This document shows, piece after piece, positions 27,602 to 36,054 of a stretch of DNA of 64,000 nt; position 1 is the stretch's first letter, and every line of letters starts with the position of its first letter. Made by a program: the position numbers and the translations under genes. Source of the DNA: Candidatus Limnocylindrales bacterium (GTDB lineage Bacteria; Chloroflexota; Limnocylindria; Limnocylindrales; CSP1-4); assembly GCA_036404515.1 (NCBI GenBank), contig DASWZK010000018.1, forward strand, positions 289-64,288, given 5' to 3'. The notes beneath the pieces were generated by a model. It was not told where the DNA came from, searched no databases, and worked only from the letters and a program-made list of their open reading frames with translations.

Positions 27602-29731
27602 ATGACCACGGACTCGCCCGATCCGTTCGGGACTAAGGAGCAGAACAAGGTTCCGGTGCAACCGGCGCCCTCGCAGCCACCCGTTGCGGTGGTGTCCAAC
27701 GCCCTGCCATCCGAATTGGTGGACGACGTCACCCGGTCTTCGCAGCCGCCGAAACCGCCCAGGTCCCGAATTCCGCAATCGCGGATCAAGTCGGTGACCC
27801 CTCGCGATCTTCGCCTGGCTGGATTTGTGGTCGCGTTCGTCGTCGGCGCCGTGGCCGCGCTCTTCGTCCTGTCGGCGGTGGCCTTCGGCTTTGCCAGCAC
27901 CTACAGCAACCGCGTCCTGCCCGGCGTCCGTGTCGGCACCGTGGATCTTTCTGGCCTGACGCGCAACGAGGCCATCGCGAAGCTTCAGTCCGCCTACGCC
28001 TATCTCGCCCAGGGCGAAGTAACAATCACGACGCCGGTTGGCGCGGCGACCATCACCTACCAGCAGGTCGGCCGCGGACCGGACGTGGAGGCCATGGCCG
28101 ATGCGGCCCTGGCAGTCGGCCACTCCGGCGACCCGATCGCGGATGCCGCGAGCGTGGTTCATTCGGCGGCGTTCGGGCAGGTCATCCCGGTCGTCATCAA
28201 GATCGATCCGAACGCTCTGGCCCAGCGCATTCAGCAGCTCGTCGGCACGAGCTCGATTGCGCCGCAGAATGCTCAGGCGACGGCCAAGGGCGGGGCCTTC
28301 AGCTTCACGCCATCGACACCCGGCCACGGTATCGATGAGCTATCGATGGGTTCCACGATCATCGACCGGCTCACCCAAACGAGCGCCCCGGCAGATCTGC
28401 AGGCGGGCGGAACTTTCACCACGCTGAGCCCACAGGTCACCGACCAGGATGCCCAGGACGCGATCGCTCTGGCCCAGAAGATGATCGTGAACGTCAACCT
28501 GACCTGGTCCATCCCGCCGGCCGCTGCGCCTTCGAGCTGGAAAGGGCAGAGCTGGACGATCGCTGCCTCCCAGATCCGCAGCTGGATCGTCTTCGGAACC
28601 CGACAGGACGGCACGTACGCGCCGGCCGTCGATCCAGCCCAGGTGGAGGCCTACCTGTCGAGCATTTCCTCGAAGGTCAGCATCGCCCCAGTTGAGCCAT
28701 CGGTCGTGTGGGATTCCTCCGGCAAGCCGGTCAACCTGACCCCCGGCACGGACGGCGTCGGCATCGACCTCGCCGGCACCACTCAGGCCCTCTCGGCCTA
28801 CCTCGACACCCTCGCGTCCGGCGGCACCGTCGGGCCGAGTCTCGAAGTTCTCACGACCGCGATCCACCCGCAGATCACAAACGTCAGCACCGTCGCCGGC
28901 ATGGTGATCATCGGCCAGCACACAACGCAGTTCATCGTGGGCGTGAGCAACGGCATGGGCGCAAACATCCGCGTACCGGCCACGCTACTCAACGGCCAGG
29001 TCGTCGGACCCGGCCAGCAGTTCAGCTTCCTCCAGGCCGTCGGGCCGATCGACCCCGCGAACGGCTACACGATGGGCGGCGTCATCGTGGACGGGAAGAG
29101 CAACCATACCGGCGCCATGGGTGGCGGCATCTGCTCCGCCTCGACGACGATGTTCAATGCCGCCGCCGATGCGGGTCTCCAGATCGACGAGCGCCACGCC
29201 CACTTCTACTACATCAACCGCTACCCGGTCGGTCGAGACGCCACGGTCTATTCCAACGGCGCGACCACGTGGGACCTGAAGTGGACCAACGATACTCCCT
29301 ATCCGATCGTGATCCGGGCCTTTACCACCCCCCGCACCACGGCCTACATCACCATCCAGCTCTGGAGCCTGCCGCTGAACCGGACGGTGACCTGGTCCGG
29401 CGGGGCCGTCACCAACAAGGTCCTCGCCACGAACAACACACCCGAGTACGTCAGCACGTTGAAGCCGGGCGTGAAGAACATAGCCGAATACGCGACCGAC
29501 GGGTTCGACACCAGCGTGACCCGGGTCGTTACGGACTCCAGCGGCACGGTTATTCACAAGGACACCTGGACTTCGCACTACTCCGTGGTCAACGGCCAGG
29601 TGCAGATCGGCGGCTCCCCGCCTCCGTCTCAGTCGCCGTCCCCGTCGCCTGGGGCTTCGACACCGACGCCGGCCACGATCCCAACTCCGTCTTCGTCTCC
29701 GTCCCCCACGCGGCGCCGCAAGACCAAGTAG
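27602..29731 (+). CDS. VanW-domain protein (YoaR-like), N-terminal TM anchor and Ser/Pro-rich tail: paralog 1
   Basis: TM helix LAGFVVAFVVGAVAALFVLSAVAF and the VanW core GGVIVDGKSNHTGAMGGGICSASTTMFNAAADAGLQIDERHAHFYYINRYPVGRDATV. SD-like AAGGGAAAGAA precedes the ATG. Confidence 0.8.
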   Translation: MTTDSPDPFGTKEQNKVPVQPAPSQPPVAVVSNALPSELVDDVTRSSQPPKPPRSRIPQSRIKSVTPRDLRLAGFVVAFVVGAVAALFVLSAVAFGFASTYSNRVLPGVRVGTVDLSGLTRNEAIAKLQSAYAYLAQGEVTITTPVGAATITYQQVGRGPDVEAMADAALAVGHSGDPIADAASVVHSAAFGQVIPVVIKIDPNALAQRIQQLVGTSSIAPQNAQATAKGGAFSFTPSTPGHGIDELSMGSTIIDRLTQTSAPADLQAGGTFTTLSPQVTDQDAQDAIALAQKMIVNVNLTWSIPPAAAPSSWKGQSWTIAASQIRSWIVFGTRQDGTYAPAVDPAQVEAYLSSISSKVSIAPVEPSVVWDSSGKPVNLTPGTDGVGIDLAGTTQALSAYLDTLASGGTVGPSLEVLTTAIHPQITNVSTVAGMVIIGQHTTQFIVGVSNGMGANIRVPATLLNGQVVGPGQQFSFLQAVGPIDPANGYTMGGVIVDGKSNHTGAMGGGICSASTTMFNAAADAGLQIDERHAHFYYINRYPVGRDATVYSNGATTWDLKWTNDTPYPIVIRAFTTPRTTAYITIQLWSLPLNRTVTWSGGAVTNKVLATNNTPEYVSTLKPGVKNIAEYATDGFDTSVTRVVTDSSGTVIHKDTWTSHYSVVNGQVQIGGSPPPSQSPSPSPGASTPTPATIPTPSSSPSPTRRRKTK

Positions 29732-29795
29732 ACCGGGGCCCCAGCAGCGCAATCGGCATTTCCGGCGCGCCCGCTGGCGTTGCGGATTGGGAAGG

Positions 29796-29812
29796 TTCGG
29801 GCGCGGCCCGAA
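29796..29812 (+). terminator. candidate intrinsic terminator after VanW paralog 1
   Basis: TTCGGGC-GCG-GCCCGAA (7-bp stem), followed within a few nt by TTGTTGT. Confidence 0.3.
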
Positions 29813-29877
29813 ACGCGTTGTTGTCCGTGGCGGCGAACGTGGACGGTGGGGTGGCGGCGGGCGTGCTCGGGCCGGTC

Positions 29878-31221
29878 TCAGTCCCCCGACAGACACGGAT
29901 CGGCGGCCGACGCCTCGATTGGGCCCGCAGGGCCACCGTGCTCGTAGTTCAGCAGCTGAGGGAAGAGGCGGACCACGGCGAGGAGCCCGACCAGGCACAA
30001 CACCCCGCCCGACACCACCGAGAACTGCGGCCCCGCCACGGCGGCCACGCCTGCCGCCTCGGCATCGCCCAAGCGCGGCCCGCTCGTGACCACCAGGCTG
30101 TACATGGACGAGACACGTCCGCGGAGATGGTCCGGCGTGACCAGCTGGACGATGGAGTTGCGCAGGACGGCGCTGATGACATCGGCGCCACCGGCCACGG
30201 CCAGGCAAACTAGGGCCAGCGGAAAGCTGGCCGTCAGGAGTCCAAACGCGACGATAGCGCTGCCCCAGCCCGCGACGGAGGCCACGACGCCGAGACCCGG
30301 CCGGCGCACTCGGCTCACCCAGCCGCTGAATGCCGCGCCAACGAGCGCTCCCACTGCCGGAGCGGCATTCATCAGGCCATAACCCGCGGCGCCCGTGTTG
30401 AAGACCGTCAAAGCGAGCTGAGGGAACAGGGAGCTCGGCATGCCGAAGACCATCGCGTTGAGATCGATGGCGAAGGTGGCCAGGACGATGCGACGATCGA
30501 CAGCGAAGCGCAGGCCCTCTGCGATCGACCGCAGGCCAGGCCGGGCCGCCTCCGGATGAGGTGGGATCGGGGCAATCAGCAGCAACGCGATGAGACTGGC
30601 CACGAAAGTGGCGACGTCGAAGGCGAAGGCTGCGGCGACGCCGGAAGTGGCGATGATCACGCCCGCGAAGACCGGCCCGGCTACGGATACGGTTTGGCCG
30701 CTCAACGTGTTGACCGCGATCGCGGCCGGAAGCCGTTCGCGGGGGACGAGGCGCGGCAGGGCCGAGGATCGGGTGGGTTGATCTACTGCGCCGACGCCCG
30801 CGGCAACGAATGCGACCGCGTAGAGGGCCCAGATCGACGGATTGGGCTGGGCTGCGAGGACGGCCAGGCAAAGGCTCGAGCCCGCCAGCAGCGCCTGCGT
30901 GGCGATGAGCAGGCGGCGCCGGTCTACCGCGTCGGCGACGGCGCCGCCACCGAGCGAGAAGATGAGGATCGGGACGAGCTGGACGAGGGCCAGAAGCCCG
31001 ATCGATAGCGAGCTGTGGGTGAGCTGCCACAGCTCGAAGGGGAGGGCCACCACCGTGACCTGGCGGCCCAGGCCGCTGATGAGCTGGCCGAGCCAGATTA
31101 TCCGGAAATCGCGGTCGAGCCTGACCGGCTCGAGATCGACCAGCAGGCTGCGCAGCTTCGCAACCCGGTTGGTGGAGGTCATAGGCATGGCGCGAAGGAT
31201 AGGCGAGGGCCGCCGATTCAA
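29878..31221 (-). CDS. MFS transporter (EntS/MFS_3-like)
   Basis: About 12 hydrophobic helices. The N-terminal F..IWLGQLISGLGRQVTVVALPF pattern is typical of the enterobactin-exporter-like MFS subfamily. Alternative ATG starts lie 11-13 codons in. Confidence 0.7.
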   Translation of the reverse strand: MNRRPSPILRAMPMTSTNRVAKLRSLLVDLEPVRLDRDFRIIWLGQLISGLGRQVTVVALPFELWQLTHSSLSIGLLALVQLVPILIFSLGGGAVADAVDRRRLLIATQALLAGSSLCLAVLAAQPNPSIWALYAVAFVAAGVGAVDQPTRSSALPRLVPRERLPAAIAVNTLSGQTVSVAGPVFAGVIIATSGVAAAFAFDVATFVASLIALLLIAPIPPHPEAARPGLRSIAEGLRFAVDRRIVLATFAIDLNAMVFGMPSSLFPQLALTVFNTGAAGYGLMNAAPAVGALVGAAFSGWVSRVRRPGLGVVASVAGWGSAIVAFGLLTASFPLALVCLAVAGGADVISAVLRNSIVQLVTPDHLRGRVSSMYSLVVTSGPRLGDAEAAGVAAVAGPQFSVVSGGVLCLVGLLAVVRLFPQLLNYEHGGPAGPIEASAADPCLSGD

Positions 31222-31272
31222 CGCAACGCGGCCAGCCGACCGCGAGGTCGGTGACCGACCGGACGTCTCCGG

Positions 31273-31956
31273 CTAGTCGGTCCTCTGTCTAAGGAGGTCG
31301 ATCGAGACGCACGCCACCCAAAGCAGCAGGCTGAGAAGCGACGCCCATTCAAGGAATGGGACGCCCCAGAGGCCGGTCGGTCGGTTCAGGATGGGACCGT
31401 CGGGGTTGGCGGGGTGGTACGTCGAGTAAGCCGCTATGAATGTCCCGAAGACGACAACGACTTCGGCGCCGGGGACGAGCAACCAGCGCGTGAAGCCGGG
31501 GCGTCGGGCGGTCAGAAGCCACAGGCTGAAGATGCCGGCGACGAGCCCGCCCGTCAGGAAGAAGACATCCGAGGCGATCCGATGGGTCGATAGGTAATCC
31601 ATCGGGAAGACGCCGACGAGGGTGCCGGAAACCCCGGCCACCAGGCCGACGGCGACGAACGGGGTCTTGAAGGGGCCATTGAGCCGGGACGCGAGCAGCA
31701 GCAAGAACGTGCCCAGGCCCATCCCGCCGACGACGATGCCGAGGTTGAATGCCCAGGCGAGCCTTGACACCGAAATCTCGCCCAGTTCGGAGATGAAGTG
31801 GTTCAGCGGGGAGTAAGCCTCGCCGAGCCGGCCGCGATAGGGGAACGCGGCGACGGCGATGACGAGCAGGATGAGACTCGTCGAGACGAGCCCAAGCAGG
31901 GCGAGCCTGCGCGGTGTGACGGAAAGGGAAAGCGTGCGAATCGGAGTCGTTGCCAC
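31273..31956 (-). CDS. DUF998-like integral membrane protein
   Basis: SPLNHFISELGE motif plus 6-7 hydrophobic helices. The listed ORF (to 32217) runs into the tmRNA gene, so it was trimmed to the in-frame GTG at 31956 (31977 is also possible). Confidence 0.45.
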   Translation of the reverse strand: MATTPIRTLSLSVTPRRLALLGLVSTSLILLVIAVAAFPYRGRLGEAYSPLNHFISELGEISVSRLAWAFNLGIVVGGMGLGTFLLLLASRLNGPFKTPFVAVGLVAGVSGTLVGVFPMDYLSTHRIASDVFFLTGGLVAGIFSLWLLTARRPGFTRWLLVPGAEVVVVFGTFIAAYSTYHPANPDGPILNRPTGLWGVPFLEWASLLSLLLWVACVSIDLLRQRTD

Positions 31957-32038
31957 CCGGAGCCCTTCTCGGTCGACCGCGGGCGGGGCGAAGACGTCGA
32001 TCGGCCGCCCCCAGGTCGAGGGCTCAGCGCCAGAAAAA

Positions 32039-32408
32039 TGGTGGAGATGGGGGAGAGTCGAACTCCCCGTCCAGAAACCTTCACCGGAGACCACTACGAG
32101 CGTGTCCGGTGATTTGTCGTCGATCGCCCGGTCGACCATCGGCAGCCTACCGAGCGCTCCAGTCACGTTCCCTCGCGGGCTTTGACTCCGGCTACGCGAC
32201 GCTACCCGGAATCGCACCTCCGCTCAATGACGCTTCCACAGCCCACGGAGGTGAGGCTGCTTCCACGCTCACCTTACTGCCTAAGCAGCGAGGGCGAGAG
32301 CAGGCTGGCTGTTGCCAGTTACTTCTTTTGCCGCCTGTTTAACGAGGCCTGACGGCACCTCGGCTCGCGTTCTCCGGCAACCGGCCCCTGTCGAAACCAC
32401 GCATCCCC
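32039..32408 (-). ncRNA. ssrA: transfer-messenger RNA (tmRNA)
   Basis: The minus strand starts GGGGATGCGTGGTTTCGACAGGGGCCGG and ends GGACGGGGAGTTCGACTCTCCCCCATCTCCACCA (tRNA-like acceptor/T-arm with CCA). The internal tag frame GCG GCA AAA GAA GTA ACT GGC AAC AGC CAG CCT GCT CTC GCC CTC GCT GCT TAG encodes ...GNSQPALALAA-stop. Confidence 0.92.
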
Positions 32409-32543
32409 ACGGAGCCCACGCTACCAGCGCCCGCGGATTGTACCGCGGGATCGCTCCAGCGGGCTAATCGGACGCGAACACAGGAAGGGGCAGTCTGGCC
32501 CGCCAACCCACGCTCGGCTGACCGAAACCGTGCGGCGGCGGAA

Positions 32544-34691
32544 TCACGCCGTCTCCACCATCCTGCGGCGGCGCGGCGTGGTGATCGCCGGGCTCGCTGC
32601 CGCACTCGGTGCTGGAGTTGGAGTGGGAGCCGGGGTGGGAGCCGCCGGCGGCGGGCCGCCGATCTCCACCTGGCCGTTGACCGCGGTGTAGTGCGAGTAC
32701 CAGACGTCCCTGTGGATGACCTTTCCGGAAGCGTCCGTCACCACCCGGGTCACGCCGGTGTCGAACCCGTTGGTCGCGTACTCGGCTATGTTCTCCACGC
32801 CCGGCGGGAGCGTGCTGACGTACTCGGGTGGGTTGTTGCCGGCGTAAACGATGTTGGCTTTCCCGCCGCCGGTCCAGGTCACCGTCCGGGTGATCGCCAT
32901 GCTCCAAAGCTGGATGGTGATCGTGCTCGTGGAACCGTAGGTAGTCCAGGCCCGGATCACGATCGGATAGGAAGTGTCGTTGGTCCACCTCAGGTCCCAG
33001 GTGGTCACGCCGTCGGATAGGACTGTTGCGTCTCGACCGACCGGGTAGCGGTTGATGTAGTAGTAGTGGGCATGGCGCTCGTCGATCTGCAGGCCGGCCG
33101 TTGCAGCAGCGTTGAACATCGTCGTCGAGGCGGAGCAGATTCCGCCGCCCATCGCGCCAGTGTGGTCGCTCTTCCCGTGGAGGATGACGCCGCCCATGGT
33201 GAAGCCGTGGGCGGCGTCGATGGGCCCGACGGCCTGGAGGAAGCTGAAGTGCTGGCCGGGACCGATGACCTGGCCATTGAGGTTGGTCGCCGGCTGGCGG
33301 ATGTTCTTGCCCATGCCGTTGCTGATGTCCGGGTAAAACGTCGTGGTCCATTTACCCACGATCACCATGCTGCTGACGGTGTCGATGCTGGCGATCTGAG
33401 GGTGGATCGGGCCCGTTACGATCTCGACACTCGGATCGGCGCTACCGCCGGCCGCAAGGGTGTCGAGGTAGGCTGAGATCGCCGAGGCTGTCGCAGCGAG
33501 GTCGATCCCTACGCCGTCCTTGCCGGCGACCAGGCTGACCGGCTTGCCGGAGGAATCCCACACGACCGACGGCTCAACCGGGGGGACTGCAACGCCGGCA
33601 TTCGCCGTGATGGCCGATAGGTAGGCCTCCAGCTCGGCCTGATCCACGGCCGGCCCGTACGTGCCGTCCGGGCGAGTCCCGAAGACGATCCAGCCACGGA
33701 TCTGCGAGGCGGGGATCGTCCAGCTCTGCCCTTTCCAGCTCGAAGGAGCGGCGGCAGGTGGCGTGGACCAGGTCAGGCTGACGTCGACGATCATCTTCTG
33801 GGCGCGGGCGATCGCGTCCTCGGCCCCCTTGTCACTGACAGTCGGCGCCAGTGACACGAACGGGCCGCTCAATTGGAGGTCCGGCGTGGCATTGGGCTGC
33901 TGCAACTTGTCGATGATCGCCGACTCAATCGACTTCTCATCGACGCCGCGTCCCGCTGTCGCCGGGGTGATGCTGAAGGCGCCGCCAGTTGCCGTCACCT
34001 GAGCGTCCTGTGGGGCGACCGTGCTATTGCCGGCCAGCTGCTGGATTCGCCGGGCCAGCGCGGTGGGATCGACCTGGATGACTACCGGGATCACCTGACC
34101 GAACGCGGCGGAGTGGACCAGGCCGGCGGCGTCGGCGATCGGGTTCCCGGAGTGATCGATGGCCAGGGCAGCGTCGGCCATGGCTTCCGTGTCAGGTACG
34201 CGGCCGGCCTGCTGGTAGGTGATCGCCGCCACGCCAACCGGCGTAGTGATCGTGGCTTCGCCATTGCTCAGGTAGGCGAACCCGGCCCGCAGCTTGGCGA
34301 TGGCTTGGTCGCGCGTGAGGCCCGAAAGATCGATCGAGCCTGCACGGACGCCGGGCACGACCTTGTTGTCGTATGACCTGGACAGGCCGAAGGCGACCGC
34401 CGATAGCAGGAAGAGCGTTGCCACGGCGCCGACTACGAACGCGACCGCGAAACCCAAGAGGCGGCGATGGCTGGGGGCTTCGGACTCGACCGGCGGCTGC
34501 CGCTGCGACTGCGCCGGCGATGAGCGGCGCGTGAACCAACGCCGGGGCGGCCGAGATGCAAGCACGCTGTCCATCAGCTCCGCTTCCGGCGGCACCCACA
34601 CGGCCGCAACCGGCTGCTCTGATGCAGCCTTGTCAAGCGACGTCGTGTCTTGGTCGGCGGCCTCGGACGGCACGACCGCGTCGGTGGTCAT
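32544..34691 (-). CDS. VanW-domain protein: paralog 2, inverted relative to paralog 1
   Basis: Same architecture as 27602..29731. It carries GGVILHGKSDHTGAMGGGICSASTTMFNAAATAGLQIDERHAHYYYINRYPVGRDATV. Start trimmed to ATG 34691 (MTTDAVVP), matching the paralog 1 start MTTDSPDP. Confidence 0.8.
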   Translation of the reverse strand: MTTDAVVPSEAADQDTTSLDKAASEQPVAAVWVPPEAELMDSVLASRPPRRWFTRRSSPAQSQRQPPVESEAPSHRRLLGFAVAFVVGAVATLFLLSAVAFGLSRSYDNKVVPGVRAGSIDLSGLTRDQAIAKLRAGFAYLSNGEATITTPVGVAAITYQQAGRVPDTEAMADAALAIDHSGNPIADAAGLVHSAAFGQVIPVVIQVDPTALARRIQQLAGNSTVAPQDAQVTATGGAFSITPATAGRGVDEKSIESAIIDKLQQPNATPDLQLSGPFVSLAPTVSDKGAEDAIARAQKMIVDVSLTWSTPPAAAPSSWKGQSWTIPASQIRGWIVFGTRPDGTYGPAVDQAELEAYLSAITANAGVAVPPVEPSVVWDSSGKPVSLVAGKDGVGIDLAATASAISAYLDTLAAGGSADPSVEIVTGPIHPQIASIDTVSSMVIVGKWTTTFYPDISNGMGKNIRQPATNLNGQVIGPGQHFSFLQAVGPIDAAHGFTMGGVILHGKSDHTGAMGGGICSASTTMFNAAATAGLQIDERHAHYYYINRYPVGRDATVLSDGVTTWDLRWTNDTSYPIVIRAWTTYGSTSTITIQLWSMAITRTVTWTGGGKANIVYAGNNPPEYVSTLPPGVENIAEYATNGFDTGVTRVVTDASGKVIHRDVWYSHYTAVNGQVEIGGPPPAAPTPAPTPTPAPSAAASPAITTPRRRRMVETA

Positions 34692-34701
34692 CGCGTTCCT
34701 T

Positions 34702-34757
34702 TTACCACAACGGTGACCAATTACCATGCCTGTTACCACAACGGTGACCAATTACCA
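34702..34757. repeat. perfect 25-bp direct repeat x2 (31-bp period) immediately upstream of VanW paralog 2
   Basis: TTACCACAACGGTGACCAATTACCA occurs at 34702-34726 and again at 34733-34757, separated by TGCCTG. This lies 11-66 nt upstream of the ATG at 34691. Confidence 0.95.
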
Positions 34758-34831
34758 GCCGGTTGCCGGACCAGCCTGGTAGATCGGCGCCGTCGCAACT
34801 CGTGCGTTGGTGAACCGACCGAGTCGGCATG

Positions 34832-35305
34832 CTACCGGCCGCGACCCCGATCTGCGTCGGCGATGGCCCGCTCCATGTCTCGGCGGGCGTCGCGCGCGGC
34901 GATGTCGTGGCGCCGGTCGTGCTGCTGCTTGCCCTTCGCCAGCCCGATCTCCAGCTTGGCTCGGCCGCGCGCCGTGATGTACATCTTCAGCGGAACTAGT
35001 GTGAGCCCCTTGGCCTTGGTCCGCGTCAGGAGGGCCACGATCTGAGCTCGGTGGACGAGCAACTTGCGCGGCCGCTTGGGCTCGTGGTTGTAGCGGTTGC
35101 CGGTGTCCCAGGGCGAGATGTTCGCACCGACCAACCAGGCCTCACCGTCGTCGATGCGCGCGTAGGACTCAGCCAGGCTCACCTTGCCGGCTCGAACCGA
35201 CTTGATCTCGGTCCCGGTCAGGGCGATGCCGGCCTCGAACGAATCCTCGATCGAGTACTCGTGGCGGGCTTTTCGGTTTTGGGCGACGGTCTTCTCTTCG
35301 CCCAT
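34832..35305 (-). CDS. smpB: SsrA-binding protein SmpB
   Basis: KTVAQNRKARHEYSIEDSFEAGIALTGTEIKSVRAGKVSLAESYARI.DGEAWLVGANISPW and the C-terminal KGKQQHDRRHDIAARDARRDM are the canonical SmpB pattern. Start trimmed to ATG 35305. Confidence 0.92.
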   Translation of the reverse strand: MGEEKTVAQNRKARHEYSIEDSFEAGIALTGTEIKSVRAGKVSLAESYARIDDGEAWLVGANISPWDTGNRYNHEPKRPRKLLVHRAQIVALLTRTKAKGLTLVPLKMYITARGRAKLEIGLAKGKQQHDRRHDIAARDARRDMERAIADADRGRGR

Positions 35306-35496
35306 GCTGCTCCCCTGGAATCTGTTCGCGCTGGCTGTGACGAGGTTAGCCGACCTGAGGCTCGACGACGGACATAGGTTCGGACGGAGCCGCCCCAGCG
35401 TCGGTGAACGCTCGGGCGGGCGGGGGCTGAGGATCGACGGAATCGGGGCCCGTCGTCCGCGCTGGCGCGAACCCGCTCGCACACACCGGAGACGCA

Positions 35497-35526
35497 CGAA
35501 TGCCGGCCCCGAAGGACCGGCATTCG
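35497..35526 (-). terminator. strong GC hairpin (candidate terminator or attenuator) upstream of smpB
   Basis: CGAATGCCGG...CCGGCATTCG: a 10-bp perfect stem plus 2 inner pairs around a CGAA loop. Confidence 0.35.
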
Positions 35527-35698
35527 GTCTGCGTTATGACACCACCCGCCGGTGACCGGTCTCTAGAGCCCGGATCCTAGCGAGGTGGTGCAGCGCATAG
35601 GCAAGTCCGACACTGCACATCACCTCCTTTCGTTCACGGGCATGTTATCGGAAGGCAGGCCAAGCGCGCAACGGCCGGTTCCTGGGGGCTCAGTGACC

Positions 35699-35727
35699 GG
35701 GACGTGGTGACGCTGGAACGTGGTGAC
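35699..35727. repeat. tandem 13-bp direct repeats (16-bp period)
   Basis: GGGACGTGGTGAC (35699-35711) and GGAACGTGGTGAC (35715-35727), 12/13 identical. Confidence 0.7.
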
Positions 35728-36009
35728 ACCAACCCGGCCCCTCTGGTCCATAAAGACCGCCAACGACTCAGCCGAGCCGTTTCTGGCCAGGTGCTCACCG
35801 CGACGACGCAACGCAAGACCGAACCCGGGCCGGAAGGGCGGTTCGGGCCGCCCGTGCCGCTGAAGGGCGCGTTTCCGCCCGTGCGAAGCACGTGCCGGGA
35901 CGAAAAGGGTCCCAACTGGCCTGGATCAGACCGCTTCGGGTCGTTTCAGCCGCCGCGACTTCGGGGGCGCCCGCCGAATGTCGATGCGATGTGAAATCGG
36001 CAAGTTCCT

Positions 36010-36039
36010 ACCCCGGGGCGGAGGGCCAGCGGCCGGGGT
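36010..36039 (-). terminator. candidate terminator hairpin after the S41 protease gene
   Basis: ACCCCGG (36010-36016) pairs with CCGGGGT (36033-36039). It lies 15 nt downstream of the stop at 36055. Confidence 0.3.
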
Positions 36040-36054
36040 CTCAACTCTTGGCTC

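Noticed and set aside
27400-32038. A genomic island integrated at the 3' end of ssrA.
   Set aside because: No integrase or other mobility gene is present. I found no second copy of the tmRNA 3'-terminal sequence to serve as attR. The cargo is ordinary membrane proteins.
31957-32217. N-terminal extension of the DUF998-like ORF.
   Set aside because: It overlaps the tmRNA gene (32039-32408), and the translation there is low complexity. The ORF was trimmed to an in-frame GTG.
32430-32450. TACAAT -10 element flanked by CCGCGG...CCGCGG, upstream of ssrA, as the tmRNA promoter.
   Set aside because: The best -35 candidate (TTAGCC) sits at a 19-nt spacing. The hexamer lies in the loop of a possible hairpin that could equally be the VanW2 terminator. 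This is too ambiguous to call.
34702-34757. The 25-bp repeats as a CRISPR array.
   Set aside because: There are only two copies with a 6-bp spacer, and no cas genes are present.
35560-36000. TPP riboswitch, RNase P RNA, SRP RNA or cobalamin riboswitch in the ctpA-smpB gap.
   Set aside because: There are only partial look-alikes. GGCTGAAA..ACCC..GGTCTGATCC resembles the TPP GCUGAGA..ACCC..CCUGAUC core. However, the invariant GAGA is mutated and the P5 loop and GCG-AGGGA are missing. AGGCAAGTCCGAC resembles the RNase P GGAAAGUCCGGGC, but the other conserved regions are absent. CGGAAGGCAGGCC resembles the SRP motif but lacks its pairing partner. This needs a covariance-model scan before any call.
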